Source of the DNA: Gammaproteobacteria bacterium
GTDB lineage: Bacteria > Pseudomonadota > Gammaproteobacteria > GCA-002705445 > GCA-002716945
Length of the DNA stretch: 64,000 nucleotides
Direction of reading: 5' to 3'
Assembly: GCA_002716945.1 (NCBI GenBank)
Contig: PBCF01000002.1
Coordinates: 286,481 to 350,480, forward strand
Both the position numbers and the translations under genes were made by a program. This document shows, piece after piece, positions 10,741-20,209 of this stretch; positions within the stretch are counted from its first letter, which is position 1; every line of letters starts with the position of its first letter. The notes under the pieces are model-generated. The model ran no database searches. It saw only the letters and a list, made by a program, of their open reading frames with translations, and was not told the origin of the DNA.

Positions 10741-12525
10741 ATGGATAAAACACATCTAAAATCTCTAACGTCAAAACCAGGTATTTATAAGATGCTAGAT
10801 AAACATAGAAATATAATTTATGTTGGTAAGGCCTCTAATTTAAGAAATAGGGTAAATTCATATTTCTCATCAACTAATAATTCAATTAAAACAAGCAAGC
10901 TAGTCGAGAAAATTTGTGATATTGATTTAATAATAACCAAAAACGAACAAGACGCTCTTATACTAGAAAACAATTTAATAAAAAAACACAAACCCAAATA
11001 TAATATCTTATTAAGAGATGATAAATCATATCCTTATATCTTTATTGATACAAAACATACATATCCATCTATTAAATTTTATAGAGGCAATCAAAATCGT
11101 ATAGGTAAATACTTTGGACCTTATACTAGCGTTAATACATTAAGATATATGTTAAATCTGATACAAAAAATTTTTAAAATAAGACAATGTGAAGACTCAT
11201 TTTTTAAAAATAGAAAAAAGCCATGTTTACAGTATCAAATAAAAAGATGTTCAGCGCCATGTGTAGATTATATAAATCAGTCCAATTATGAAAATTCTAT
11301 AAACGAAGCTATTCTATTGATGACTGGCAAAGATGAATCTATGCTGAAAAAACTTTCAATAAATATGAACCAATTATCTGAAGACAAAAAATACGAAGAT
11401 GCTGCAACTGTTAGAGATAAGATTGCTATGATTAGAAGGTTTACTCAGAATAAAAATGTACTCTTAGATCGTGATAATATTGATATTTTAACTATATCAT
11501 CAAAAGAGAATAAAACATGTATAGATGTATTTATGATTAGGAATGGTTTGAATATGGGAAATAAAACATTTAGCTTTACTATTCATGATAATTCTGACGA
11601 TGTTTATATTTTAAATTCATTTTTAAAGCAATATTATCTAAAAAATACTCCACCGGATAAAATAATTAGTAAGATAAAGATTATTGATAAATCATTATTG
11701 AAAAAATTATTTTATAAAAATTATAAAAAGCATGTAGATATTATTTGTAGTATACGTGGTTTATATAAAGAGTTATTTTATACATGTCAAGAAAATACAG
11801 ATAATAGATTAAATAGATTATTAAAATCAAAATCTAATTTATTTTCTACAGTTATTAAAGATTTAAGTATTGACAAAATCATTAATAATGTTATTTGTTT
11901 CGATATAAGTCATTCTAGTGGTAGACAAACCGTAGGATCGTCAATATGGTTTGATAATAATGGTCCTGTAAAAAAATATTATAGAAAATATAATCTAGAT
12001 TCAGTCAAGAGTTCTGATGATTATGGAGCTATACAGAACATTATATCTAGACGTTTATCAAAGTTAAAACAAGAAAATAATTTGCCAGATTTATTAATTG
12101 TTGATGGTGGTAAAGGACATGTTAAACAAGCAAATCAAGTGCTTCAAGATTTGTCTATAAAAAATATTTTAACCTTTGGTATTGTGAAAGGTGATAGAAG
12201 ATTGACTAAAAACGATAGAATTATAGATAGTCAATATATAGATATTACTAAAAAAATATCTAAAAAAACTCTAATTACTTTTCAAATTTTACGTGATGAA
12301 GCACATCGTTTTGCGATAGTAGCTCAGAGAAAAAGATTGCAGCGTAAACAGTTTAATTCTAAGTTAGATGATATTCCAGGTATAGGTAAAACTAGGAAAA
12401 TAGAAATTTTAAGACATTTTGGTGGTATAGATGGAGTAATTAAATCTAGCATAGATGAATTAAAAAAAGTTCATGGAATCAGCAATAAAATGGCTAAAAT
12501 TATATATAATTACTTACATAAATAA
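10741..12525 (+). CDS. uvrC: Excinuclease ABC subunit C
   Basis: GIY-YIG domain (PGIYKM, IIYVGKA, PKYN, DDKSYPY), FDISH, VDGGKG, RDEAHRFA, C-terminal HhH (IPGIG). Confidence 0.97.
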   Translation: MDKTHLKSLTSKPGIYKMLDKHRNIIYVGKASNLRNRVNSYFSSTNNSIKTSKLVEKICDIDLIITKNEQDALILENNLIKKHKPKYNILLRDDKSYPYIFIDTKHTYPSIKFYRGNQNRIGKYFGPYTSVNTLRYMLNLIQKIFKIRQCEDSFFKNRKKPCLQYQIKRCSAPCVDYINQSNYENSINEAILLMTGKDESMLKKLSINMNQLSEDKKYEDAATVRDKIAMIRRFTQNKNVLLDRDNIDILTISSKENKTCIDVFMIRNGLNMGNKTFSFTIHDNSDDVYILNSFLKQYYLKNTPPDKIISKIKIIDKSLLKKLFYKNYKKHVDIICSIRGLYKELFYTCQENTDNRLNRLLKSKSNLFSTVIKDLSIDKIINNVICFDISHSSGRQTVGSSIWFDNNGPVKKYYRKYNLDSVKSSDDYGAIQNIISRRLSKLKQENNLPDLLIVDGGKGHVKQANQVLQDLSIKNILTFGIVKGDRRLTKNDRIIDSQYIDITKKISKKTLITFQILRDEAHRFAIVAQRKRLQRKQFNSKLDDIPGIGKTRKIEILRHFGGIDGVIKSSIDELKKVHGISNKMAKIIYNYLHK

Positions 12526-12526
12526 A

Positions 12527-13078
12527 ATGATATTTAATATACCCAATAGTCTAACATTACTTCGAATTGCTCTGATACCAATTATGGTTTTTCTTGTCTT
12601 ATCAGATTCACCATCAAATAGAATTCTAGCGTCACTATTATTTTTACTCGCAGCAATAACAGACTATCTTGATGGTTTAATAGCGAGACAAATGAGGCAA
12701 CATACAAATTTTGGTGAATTTTTAGATCCTATTGCTGATAAATTACTTGTAATCATAATATTAGTTTTACTTTTATCAGAAAATAATCAATTATTTTTCT
12801 TACTACCTGCGATAATAATAATTACTAGAGAATTTTTAGTCGTTGCAATAAGACAACGTTTGGCTGAACTTGGAAATAAAATTATATTAAAAGTTACTAC
12901 TATTTCAAAAATAAAAACTGCTACTCAATTAACAGCATTATTTTTATTATTATATAAAGATCCTTTGCTTATGATAGATACTTATAACTTAGGAGTATTT
13001 TTTCTTCAAATCGCATCAATACTAACATTAATATCATTCATTTATTATGTTAAAAAGTCATGGAATGATATAATCTAG
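12527..13078 (+). CDS. pgsA: CDP-diacylglycerol--glycerol-3-phosphate phosphatidyltransferase
   Basis: NIPNSLTLLRI, TDYLDGLIAR..FGEFLDPIADK; uvrC-pgsA-tRNAGly synteny. Confidence 0.96.
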   Translation: MIFNIPNSLTLLRIALIPIMVFLVLSDSPSNRILASLLFLLAAITDYLDGLIARQMRQHTNFGEFLDPIADKLLVIIILVLLLSENNQLFFLLPAIIIITREFLVVAIRQRLAELGNKIILKVTTISKIKTATQLTALFLLLYKDPLLMIDTYNLGVFFLQIASILTLISFIYYVKKSWNDII

Positions 13079-13094
13079 GAGTTTAATTATTGTT

Positions 13095-13167
13095 GCGGGA
13101 ATAGCTCAGTTGGTAGAGCGCAACCTTGCCAAGGTTGAGGTCGCGAGTTCGAGCCTCGTTTCCCGCT
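13095..13167 (+). tRNA. tRNA-Gly(GCC)
   Basis: GCGGGAATAGCTCAGTTGGTAGAGCGCAACCTTGCCAAGGTTGAGGTCGCGAGTTCGAGCCTCGTTTCCCGCT folds as a cloverleaf; anticodon GCC; followed by TAT, not CCA. Confidence 0.97.
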
Positions 13168-13175
13168 TATTTAGT

Positions 13176-13246
13176 GGCTAAGTGGCAGAGTGGTAATGCA
13201 GCGGCCTGCAAAGCCGTCAACGCCGGTTCGATTCCGACCTTAGCCT
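13176..13246 (+). tRNA. tRNA-Cys(GCA)
   Basis: GGCTAAG...GCGGCCTGCAAAGCCGT...GGTTCGATTCC..CTTAGCCT; anticodon GCA, U discriminator; followed by CAA. Confidence 0.96.
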
Positions 13247-13308
13247 CAAAATATTTCTTATTACGGTTAACCATGTTAGATTAATTAATATAATAGTATT
13301 TAATTTTT

Positions 13309-13980
13309 ATGAAAAAGATAATAATTTTTGGTAGCGGAGATCATTCAAAAGTAATTTTATCAGAAATAATTCAAATCAAAGATTATGAAGTTCTGGGATT
13401 TATTGATGAGTATAAGGCTAAAGACTCAATTATTGAAACATTTGATTCTAAAGAATATAAAGTTTTGGGAAAAATTAATGATCTACAAAATATATTTGAT
13501 CATGAAACATATGGAATAATAGGAATTGGTTTAAATTATTTAAGATTACAAGTTTGTGAACAGATTTCACGAATATATACTGATATGAAATGGGCAACAA
13601 TTATATCTTCAAATAGTACAATTAATGGATCTGTAAAAATAGGAGAAGGAACTATTATACTTTCTGGCTCAATAATTAATACAGGAACATTAATTGGCAA
13701 ACATTGTATTATTAATACAAAATCTTCAATAGATCATGACAATAAAATAAATGATTATGTTAGTACAGGCCCAGGTGTCATTACTGGTGGAAATGTGACT
13801 ATTGGTAAATGTAGCCATTTAGGAATTAGATCAACCATTAATCAACAAATTAATATTGGCAATGATACAGTAGTAGGAGCAAACTCATTATGTATCAAAA
13901 ATTGCGATAGTAATTCTGTATACTATGGATCACCAGCAAAAAAAATAAAAACTAGAAAAATTGATGAAAATTACTTGTAA
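13309..13980 (+). CDS. NeuD/PglD/VioB-family sugar acetyltransferase (left-handed beta-helix)
   Basis: IIFGSGDHSKVI N-terminus, hexapeptide repeats, IDHD catalytic His, YYGSPAK. Confidence 0.88.
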   Translation: MKKIIIFGSGDHSKVILSEIIQIKDYEVLGFIDEYKAKDSIIETFDSKEYKVLGKINDLQNIFDHETYGIIGIGLNYLRLQVCEQISRIYTDMKWATIISSNSTINGSVKIGEGTIILSGSIINTGTLIGKHCIINTKSSIDHDNKINDYVSTGPGVITGGNVTIGKCSHLGIRSTINQQINIGNDTVVGANSLCIKNCDSNSVYYGSPAKKIKTRKIDENYL

Positions 13981-14085
13981 TACAAATGAATATGACTTAA
14001 AAGAACATTTATGTTATCTTTATTTAGGGTTATAAGGGCAAATTACAACATTAGTTAAAATGAATCTAGATATTAGTATTTGTTC

Positions 14086-14169
14086 GCCCGGGTGGCGGAA
14101 TTGGTAGACGCAAGGGACTTAAAATCCCTCGAGAGCAATCTCGTGCCGGTTCGACTCCGGCCCTGGGCA
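14086..14169 (+). tRNA. tRNA-Leu(TAA)
   Basis: GCCCGGG acceptor stem, GGAATTGGTAGAC D loop, AGGGA-CTTAAAA-TCCCT anticodon arm, long variable arm, GGTTCGACTCC; A discriminator followed by TAA, no CCA. Confidence 0.96.
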
Positions 14170-14176
14170 TAAAAAA

Positions 14177-14989
14177 ATGAAAAAATTATTTTTATTGATT
14201 ATATTCTTGTCGGGTTGTGCAAAATCAATTATACCTTTGCCTGAAACAGTTATTCCTGGAATCAATCCTAACCCATCACCGTCAGCAGACTATGGTTCAT
14301 ATCCTGCTAACTATCAAAAAATACTAAAAGATTTTCTTAAAGCAAATATCAAACAACCTGAAGATGCGAAACTTGAATTTGTTAATAAACCTAGAAAAAT
14401 TGCTCTAGATCATTTAGGTGATGATTATTATGGATATAGAATTTGTCTTTCAATTAATCAAAAAAACCCTAAATCAATATACACTGGATACAAAAACCAT
14501 TTCTTTCTTATCTATAATGATAAAATAACCCTACATTTATTTGATTCTGGTTTATTAAAAATACCTTTTGAGCTATGTGTGCATCGTACAGAAGATAGAA
14601 CAATATTTATTGATGATATACCTGATCTTCCAGTACCAGAGATTACTCCAGAAGTTACTATTGAAGAAATGGATGATCCAAGTTTGATTAATAAAGTTCC
14701 TAGAAAAGAACAAGATAAATCATATACACAAGATATATATATTTTATGCAACATTAATAATAAAGAATTTACATATGTATTTAATCAATCAAAAAATATG
14801 TTCAATGAATCTATTGGAATTGATACAGTACCTTTCGAAACTGTAGAATTTTCGAAGACACATATATTAGGCAAAATAGATGATAAAGAAATATTAATAA
14901 ATAGAGTTTCAGGTTCTATATATTACACTGATAATCAGTCATCTAACATCAAAGGTCAATGTGAGCTTCTTGATAATAAGAAATTTTAG
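14177..14989 (+). CDS. Hypothetical lipoprotein
   Basis: MKKLFLLIIFLSGC signal peptide with LSGC lipobox; two apparent domains separated by a Pro/acidic linker. Confidence 0.75.
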   Translation: MKKLFLLIIFLSGCAKSIIPLPETVIPGINPNPSPSADYGSYPANYQKILKDFLKANIKQPEDAKLEFVNKPRKIALDHLGDDYYGYRICLSINQKNPKSIYTGYKNHFFLIYNDKITLHLFDSGLLKIPFELCVHRTEDRTIFIDDIPDLPVPEITPEVTIEEMDDPSLINKVPRKEQDKSYTQDIYILCNINNKEFTYVFNQSKNMFNESIGIDTVPFETVEFSKTHILGKIDDKEILINRVSGSIYYTDNQSSNIKGQCELLDNKKF

Positions 14990-15007
14990 ACTAACTAATA
15001 CAACAAG

Positions 15008-15036
15008 TTGAAGATTTTTAGAATTCAGATTATAGT
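15008..15036 (+). promoter_or_regulatory. Putative sigma70 promoter of fhs (possibly fhs-waaL-ugd)
   Basis: TTGAAG-N17-TATAGT, followed by an AAGGGGG RBS before the fhs ATG. Confidence 0.6.
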
Positions 15037-15063
15037 AGATAAATATCTCAAAAAAGGGGAATT

Positions 15064-16737
15064 ATGAAAAGTGATATTGAAATAGCCCAAGCTTCTAAAC
15101 TTGATAAGATAACTTCTATTGCCAAGAAATTAGATATTCCTGAGAGTTCTCTTGAACCTTTTGGTCATTATAAAGCTAAAATTTCAATGGATTATATAAA
15201 TTCACTTTCTGATAGACCTGATGGTAAATTAATTTTAGTAACTGCTATAAGTCCTACACCTGCTGGTGAAGGAAAAACCACTACCTCTGTTGGACTTGGT
15301 GACGCACTAAATTATATAGGTAAAAAAGCATTGGTAACTATTAGAGAACCATCCCTAGGACCTGTTTTTGGAATGAAGGGAGGTGCTGCTGGTGGAGGAA
15401 TGGCACAGGTTGTCCCAATGGAAGATATTAATTTACATTTCACTGGTGATTTTAATGCCATACAGCTTGCTAACAATCTACTTGCGGCAATGTTAGATAA
15501 TCACATACATCATGGGAATCAACTTCAAATAGATTTAAGAAGAGTGACATGGAAAAGAGTATTAGATATGAATGATCGTGCACTAAGGAATACAGTTTGT
15601 TCATTAGGCTCGGTAGGCAATGGTTTTCCTCGAGAGGATGGTTTTGATATTGTTGTAGCATCAGAAATAATGGCAATTTTTTGTTTAGCTACATCTTTAA
15701 ACGACTTAAAAGAAAAATTAGGTAAAATAGTAGTTGCGTACACAAGAAAAAAAGAACCTATATTAGCAAAACAACTTAATGCTCATGGAGCAATGACAGT
15801 ACTACTTAAAAATGCTGTGATGCCAAATCTTGTTCAAACATTGGAGAATAATCCTGCAATGATTCATGGAGGTCCATTTGCTAATATTGCACATGGATGT
15901 AACTCTGTGATAGCTACTAAATCGTCTTTAAAGCTTGCCGACTATGTTGTAACAGAAGCTGGCTTTGGAGCAGATTTAGGCGCTGAAAAATTTTTAGATA
16001 TCAAATGCAGAAAAGCTAATTTAACACCATCTGTAGTTGTGCTTGTAGCTACAATTAGGGCGCTTAAATATCATGGTGGCTGTGATCTGGAAAATCTAAA
16101 TAAAGAAAGTTGTGAGTATCTAAAAAAAGGTCTCGTAAATCTTGAACGACATGTTAATAATTTAAAAAATCACTATGGCCTGCCTGTTGTTGTTGGTATA
16201 AATGGTTTTACATTCGATACAGACAAGGAAAGAGAAATATTGAAACAGAAATCAACAGAATTAGGCGTGCCAATAATATCTTCGACACACTGGGCAGACG
16301 GAGGAAAAGGGGCAAAAGAATTAGCAGAGACTGTAGTTGATACAATTGATAATGCTAAAAATAATTTTAAACTTTTATATGAAGACGAAATGGATTTATG
16401 GTCAAAGATGGAGACAGTTGCAACTAAAATATACGGTGCTTCAGGTATTTCAGCATCATCTGCGATAAAAAAACAAATTGAAGAGCTACAAAAATCGGGA
16501 TATGGTTCGTACCCAGTTTGTGTTGCTAAAACACAATATTCTTTCTCAACCGATCCTTCGCTTAGAGGTGCACCAACTGATCATATAATACCAATAAGAG
16601 AAGTAAGACTTGCAGCCGGTGCAGAATTTATAGTAATGGTATGTGGCGACATCATGACTATGCCTGGCTTGCCAAAAACACCTGCAGCTGAAAAAATTGA
16701 TTTAGATGATAATGGCAATATAATAGGATTGTTCTAA
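15064..16737 (+). CDS. fhs: Formate--tetrahydrofolate ligase
   Basis: [53 protein letters not shown]. Confidence 0.98.
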   Translation: MKSDIEIAQASKLDKITSIAKKLDIPESSLEPFGHYKAKISMDYINSLSDRPDGKLILVTAISPTPAGEGKTTTSVGLGDALNYIGKKALVTIREPSLGPVFGMKGGAAGGGMAQVVPMEDINLHFTGDFNAIQLANNLLAAMLDNHIHHGNQLQIDLRRVTWKRVLDMNDRALRNTVCSLGSVGNGFPREDGFDIVVASEIMAIFCLATSLNDLKEKLGKIVVAYTRKKEPILAKQLNAHGAMTVLLKNAVMPNLVQTLENNPAMIHGGPFANIAHGCNSVIATKSSLKLADYVVTEAGFGADLGAEKFLDIKCRKANLTPSVVVLVATIRALKYHGGCDLENLNKESCEYLKKGLVNLERHVNNLKNHYGLPVVVGINGFTFDTDKEREILKQKSTELGVPIISSTHWADGGKGAKELAETVVDTIDNAKNNFKLLYEDEMDLWSKMETVATKIYGASGISASSAIKKQIEELQKSGYGSYPVCVAKTQYSFSTDPSLRGAPTDHIIPIREVRLAAGAEFIVMVCGDIMTMPGLPKTPAAEKIDLDDNGNIIGLF

Positions 16738-16739
16738 CC

Positions 16740-18248
16740 TTGTCTGACAATCATTCTTTTTTATTTGAAAAAAAAATATATCTATTTTTATTTTCTTTGA
16801 TCTTATTAACTATTTCTACTTTAGGGCCTCCAAACATACAAGTTCTTAATTTATTATATTCATTTAATGTTAGTGAAGCAGTAAAATTATTCAATGAATC
16901 CGATTCTTTTTTTAGAATGCCAAACACAAAGATTAGATTTACTTTGTATATAATTTCCACAATATTGTTTGTGATTTTTCTTTTTTTACCATCTACATTA
17001 TCAAAGAGTTTTATAAATGATAAATTTGCAAGATTTCTAATTTATTTATTTCTATTATTTATTCTAGTTTCAGACTACATATATAATATATCTGCAATAA
17101 TTTTAATATTATATTCAGTCTATTATTTAATATTCTATTCTTCTAAATCATTCACACAAAAAGAAATATTTTTTATTTTTGCGTACTTTTTTTTATATTT
17201 TTTACCTTTCATTCATTCTCTTTATTATCATACATCTTTACCAGAAGTCGATAATTATCTTCGCTTTTTATTTGCAATACCTTTATATATTTTAATTAGA
17301 GAAATTAATTTAAATACACTAGAATTTATTAATATCATATTTATATCATCTATTTTAATTGGAATAACTGCATTATACTTTTTAAGCACTGAAGAACTAT
17401 CAAGAATGAGAGGTTATACAAGCTCAGCAACAATATTTGGTAATATATCTTTTTTATTTTCAATAATGTCATTTATTAGTATTAAATATTATTTAAAGCA
17501 TAATAAAAATTATTTTATCCCTATCTTGTCTGTAATATTACCTTTTATTGCGTGGTCTTTAACATCATCCAGAGGACCACTTATAGCATTACTAATTATT
17601 TTTATAATTTATTTATTTAGATTTTTTAAAGCTGATTTAAGATCGTCTATATCAAAAATTTCATTATTATTAATATCATTTGCATTTGTTATCATTGCTT
17701 TTTCTGATATACCCAATCGGTTGTCACAAGCATATTATTCAACTTATAATTTTATGATAGATAAAGATAATCATAATTGGCGTCAAAAAGATAGTTTGAT
17801 ACCTCGTTACATAATATGGCAAGGATCGATGATTATGATCAAAAACAACCCTGTAATTGGCATTGGGCTTAATAATTTCAATACAGAATTACATAATTTA
17901 ATGAAAGATAATTCTATCAAACCCTTAAAACGGGACTTAAAAAACCCAACCGCAGGGATGAATCATGCTCATAATCAATATTTGGATATTTTTGCAAAAA
18001 CTGGTATTTTTGGATTTCTAAGCCTATTATTTTTTTTAATCATGAATATATATCATTTTAGAGATGGAATGCGTTATGAAGATGATGATTGTATATATTT
18101 TTCAACAATTGGACTGGTAGTTATGATAATTTACATATCATATATGTTTACTCATACAATATTAGCCCATCAACAATCTACTTTATTCATGATATTGTTA
18201 TTGACAATACTTTCAGGAACGTTAACTAGTAAAATAAATAATAAATAA
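16740..18248 (+). CDS. O-antigen ligase family (WaaL / Wzy_C domain) membrane protein
   Basis: Many TM segments, TSSRG, R..IW..G.GL loop, HAHNQYLD; TTG start. Confidence 0.82.
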   Translation: MSDNHSFLFEKKIYLFLFSLILLTISTLGPPNIQVLNLLYSFNVSEAVKLFNESDSFFRMPNTKIRFTLYIISTILFVIFLFLPSTLSKSFINDKFARFLIYLFLLFILVSDYIYNISAIILILYSVYYLIFYSSKSFTQKEIFFIFAYFFLYFLPFIHSLYYHTSLPEVDNYLRFLFAIPLYILIREINLNTLEFINIIFISSILIGITALYFLSTEELSRMRGYTSSATIFGNISFLFSIMSFISIKYYLKHNKNYFIPILSVILPFIAWSLTSSRGPLIALLIIFIIYLFRFFKADLRSSISKISLLLISFAFVIIAFSDIPNRLSQAYYSTYNFMIDKDNHNWRQKDSLIPRYIIWQGSMIMIKNNPVIGIGLNNFNTELHNLMKDNSIKPLKRDLKNPTAGMNHAHNQYLDIFAKTGIFGFLSLLFFLIMNIYHFRDGMRYEDDDCIYFSTIGLVVMIIYISYMFTHTILAHQQSTLFMILLLTILSGTLTSKINNK

Positions 18249-18253
18249 ATGAT

Positions 18254-19591
18254 ATGAAAATTACAGTAATTGGAATTGGATATGTTGGATTAGTTACAGG
18301 AACTTGCTTATCAGAGATAGGTCATAATGTTATTTGTCTAGATATAGATAAAAAAAAGATAGAAAAACTAAAAAAAGGTAAACTCTCGATCTATGAACAT
18401 GGCTTACAAGATTTAGTTGAATCAAATATAAAAGAAAAAAGATTAAAATTCACTTGTAGTTATGAAAAAGCTGTAAATCATTCTGATATTATATTTTTAG
18501 CAGTAGATACACCATCAGACAAAAATGGTGATACAGATTTAAAAAGTATTAAAAAATCTTGTATTGAAATATCTAAATATATGAATACATCGAAAATCAT
18601 AGTTGAAAAATCCACTGTACCTGTTGGAACAAATACATTATTAAAAAAAACCATTACAAACAATTTAAAGAAGCTAAACAAAGATATTTATTTCTCTATT
18701 GTCTCTAATCCAGAATTTTTAAAAGAAGGGAGTGCGGTTAATGATTTCATGAAACCAGATCGTATTATTATTGGAATTGATGATAATAACTTAAAACCTA
18801 TATTCGATGAGATATATTCTGCTTTCAATAGAAAATTTAATAAAATTCAATATATGGATGTAAACTCAGCAGAATTAACCAAATATGCTTCTAATGCAAT
18901 GTTAGCAACTAAAATAAGTTTTATTAATGAATTGGCAATAATTTCTGATAAATATGGAGTAGATATTGAAAATGTTAGAAAAGGAATGGGTGCTGATAAA
19001 CGAATTGGAACTGAGTTTTTATATCCAGGTTGTGGTTATGGGGGATCTTGTTTTCCTAAAGACATTAACTCATTGATTTACAGTGCTAAGAAAAAATCTT
19101 ACAATGCTTCATTATTAAAATCTGTAAATACTATTAATGAAAATCAAAAAAATTATTTGTTTCTTAAAATTAATAAATATTTTAATACGAACATCAAAAA
19201 TAAAGTTTTTACTATATGGGGGTTATCTTTTAAGCCAAACACAGATGATACTCGTTGTGCCCCCAGTCTTGCTATTATAAATTCTATTTTAAAAAATGGT
19301 GGAGTAGTTAAAGCCTACGATCCCGTTGCTACAATTATACCTACAATAAAAAATAAAAATTATACTGAATGCAATACAGCTACAAAAGCATTAAAAAACT
19401 CTGATGCTCTTGTAATATGTACCGAGTGGAAAGAATTTTGGTCTATTGATATTGATGTATTTAAAAGAAATATGAATGATGCTGTAATATTTGATGGTAG
19501 AAACATTTACAATCCAAAAAAGATGGAAAAACATAATATAACTTATTTCGGTGTAGGTCGAGGCAGAAGAATAGACTTGAATATACCTTGA
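18254..19591 (+). CDS. ugd: UDP-glucose 6-dehydrogenase
   Basis: GIGYVG, KSTVPVGT, NPEFLKEG, GYGGSCFPKD, FKPNTDD. Confidence 0.95.
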   Translation: MKITVIGIGYVGLVTGTCLSEIGHNVICLDIDKKKIEKLKKGKLSIYEHGLQDLVESNIKEKRLKFTCSYEKAVNHSDIIFLAVDTPSDKNGDTDLKSIKKSCIEISKYMNTSKIIVEKSTVPVGTNTLLKKTITNNLKKLNKDIYFSIVSNPEFLKEGSAVNDFMKPDRIIIGIDDNNLKPIFDEIYSAFNRKFNKIQYMDVNSAELTKYASNAMLATKISFINELAIISDKYGVDIENVRKGMGADKRIGTEFLYPGCGYGGSCFPKDINSLIYSAKKKSYNASLLKSVNTINENQKNYLFLKINKYFNTNIKNKVFTIWGLSFKPNTDDTRCAPSLAIINSILKNGGVVKAYDPVATIIPTIKNKNYTECNTATKALKNSDALVICTEWKEFWSIDIDVFKRNMNDAVIFDGRNIYNPKKMEKHNITYFGVGRGRRIDLNIP

Positions 19592-19616
19592 TATTTCAGT
19601 AATTATTATATATTCT
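19588..19616 (+). promoter_or_regulatory. Putative sigma70 promoter of rfaH
   Basis: TTGATA-N17-TATTCT directly before palindrome copy 1; other -10 choices are possible in this AT-rich stretch. Confidence 0.45.
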
Positions 19617-19637
19617 TATGTTCATGGGGTGAACATA
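19617..19637. promoter_or_regulatory. Palindromic operator-like site, copy 1 (TATGTTCA-N5-TGAACATA)
   Basis: TATGTTCA TGGGG TGAACATA; the spacer holds the rfaH RBS and the last base is the A of the rfaH ATG. Confidence 0.7.
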
Positions 19638-20131
19638 TGTGGATAGTGGCTAAAACCAAGCCGAAGCAAGAAAATAAGGCAGAAAAAAACCTTATGAATC
19701 AAGGATATAAGACATACCTGCCACTTCTTGAAATAAAAAAATTTATTAATAATAAGTGGATTATGCAAAAAGAAGTATTATTTGCTAGCTATATATTCAT
19801 TGATCTAGAAAATACAAGCAAACTACATAAAATTAACTATACATATGGTATTTCTAGACTCTTAATTAGCGCAGAATCTGGGGCTCCATATCTTATAAAT
19901 CCTACCATTATTAATCAAATTCGTACCAACTTAAACCTATATAATCCTTTAAATATCAATAGTTTAAAAAAAGGTGATAATGTTGTTGTAACTAAAGGTA
20001 AATTGTCATCATTAAAAGGAATATTTTTAGAAAAATGTAGCAAATATAGATCTAAGTTATTACTGCAATTCCTTAATAATCAACGAATTGTTGTTGTTGA
20101 TAGTCAATATTTACAACGATTATATGCATAA
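19637..20131 (+). CDS. rfaH: Transcription/translation elongation factor RfaH (NusG paralog)
   Basis: W...TKPKQE.KA..NL..QG..YLP, LF.SYIF, GISRL, C-terminal KOW (GDNVVVTKG); ops element lies just downstream. Confidence 0.88.
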   Translation: MWIVAKTKPKQENKAEKNLMNQGYKTYLPLLEIKKFINNKWIMQKEVLFASYIFIDLENTSKLHKINYTYGISRLLISAESGAPYLINPTIINQIRTNLNLYNPLNINSLKKGDNVVVTKGKLSSLKGIFLEKCSKYRSKLLLQFLNNQRIVVVDSQYLQRLYA

Positions 20132-20146
20132 TTTCTAGTATATTTC

Positions 20147-20175
20147 TTGCTTATCTTCAATTATTAACTTAAAAT
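20147..20175 (+). promoter_or_regulatory. Putative sigma70 promoter of the glycan operon
   Basis: TTGCTT-N17-TAAAAT upstream of palindrome copy 2 and ops. Confidence 0.6.
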
Positions 20176-20176
20176 C

Positions 20177-20199
20177 ATATGTTCAACGCATGAACATAT
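20177..20199. promoter_or_regulatory. Palindromic operator-like site, copy 2 (ATATGTTCA-N5-TGAACATAT)
   Basis: Perfect 9-bp inverted repeat with spacer ACGCA; same arms as copy 1. Confidence 0.72.
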
Positions 20200-20209
20200 A
20201 AATCCTGCC

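Noticed and set aside
13222-13238. C-A mismatch in the tRNA-Cys T stem (GCCGG/CCGAC)
   Set aside because: As I recall, the same T-arm sequence occurs in functional gammaproteobacterial tRNA-Cys genes, so it is not evidence of a pseudogene
20177-20199. Palindrome copy 2 as an intrinsic terminator of rfaH
   Set aside because: The stem is AT-rich with no following U-tract, and the same arms recur over the rfaH start, which fits a protein-binding site better; an RNA hairpin role is not fully excluded
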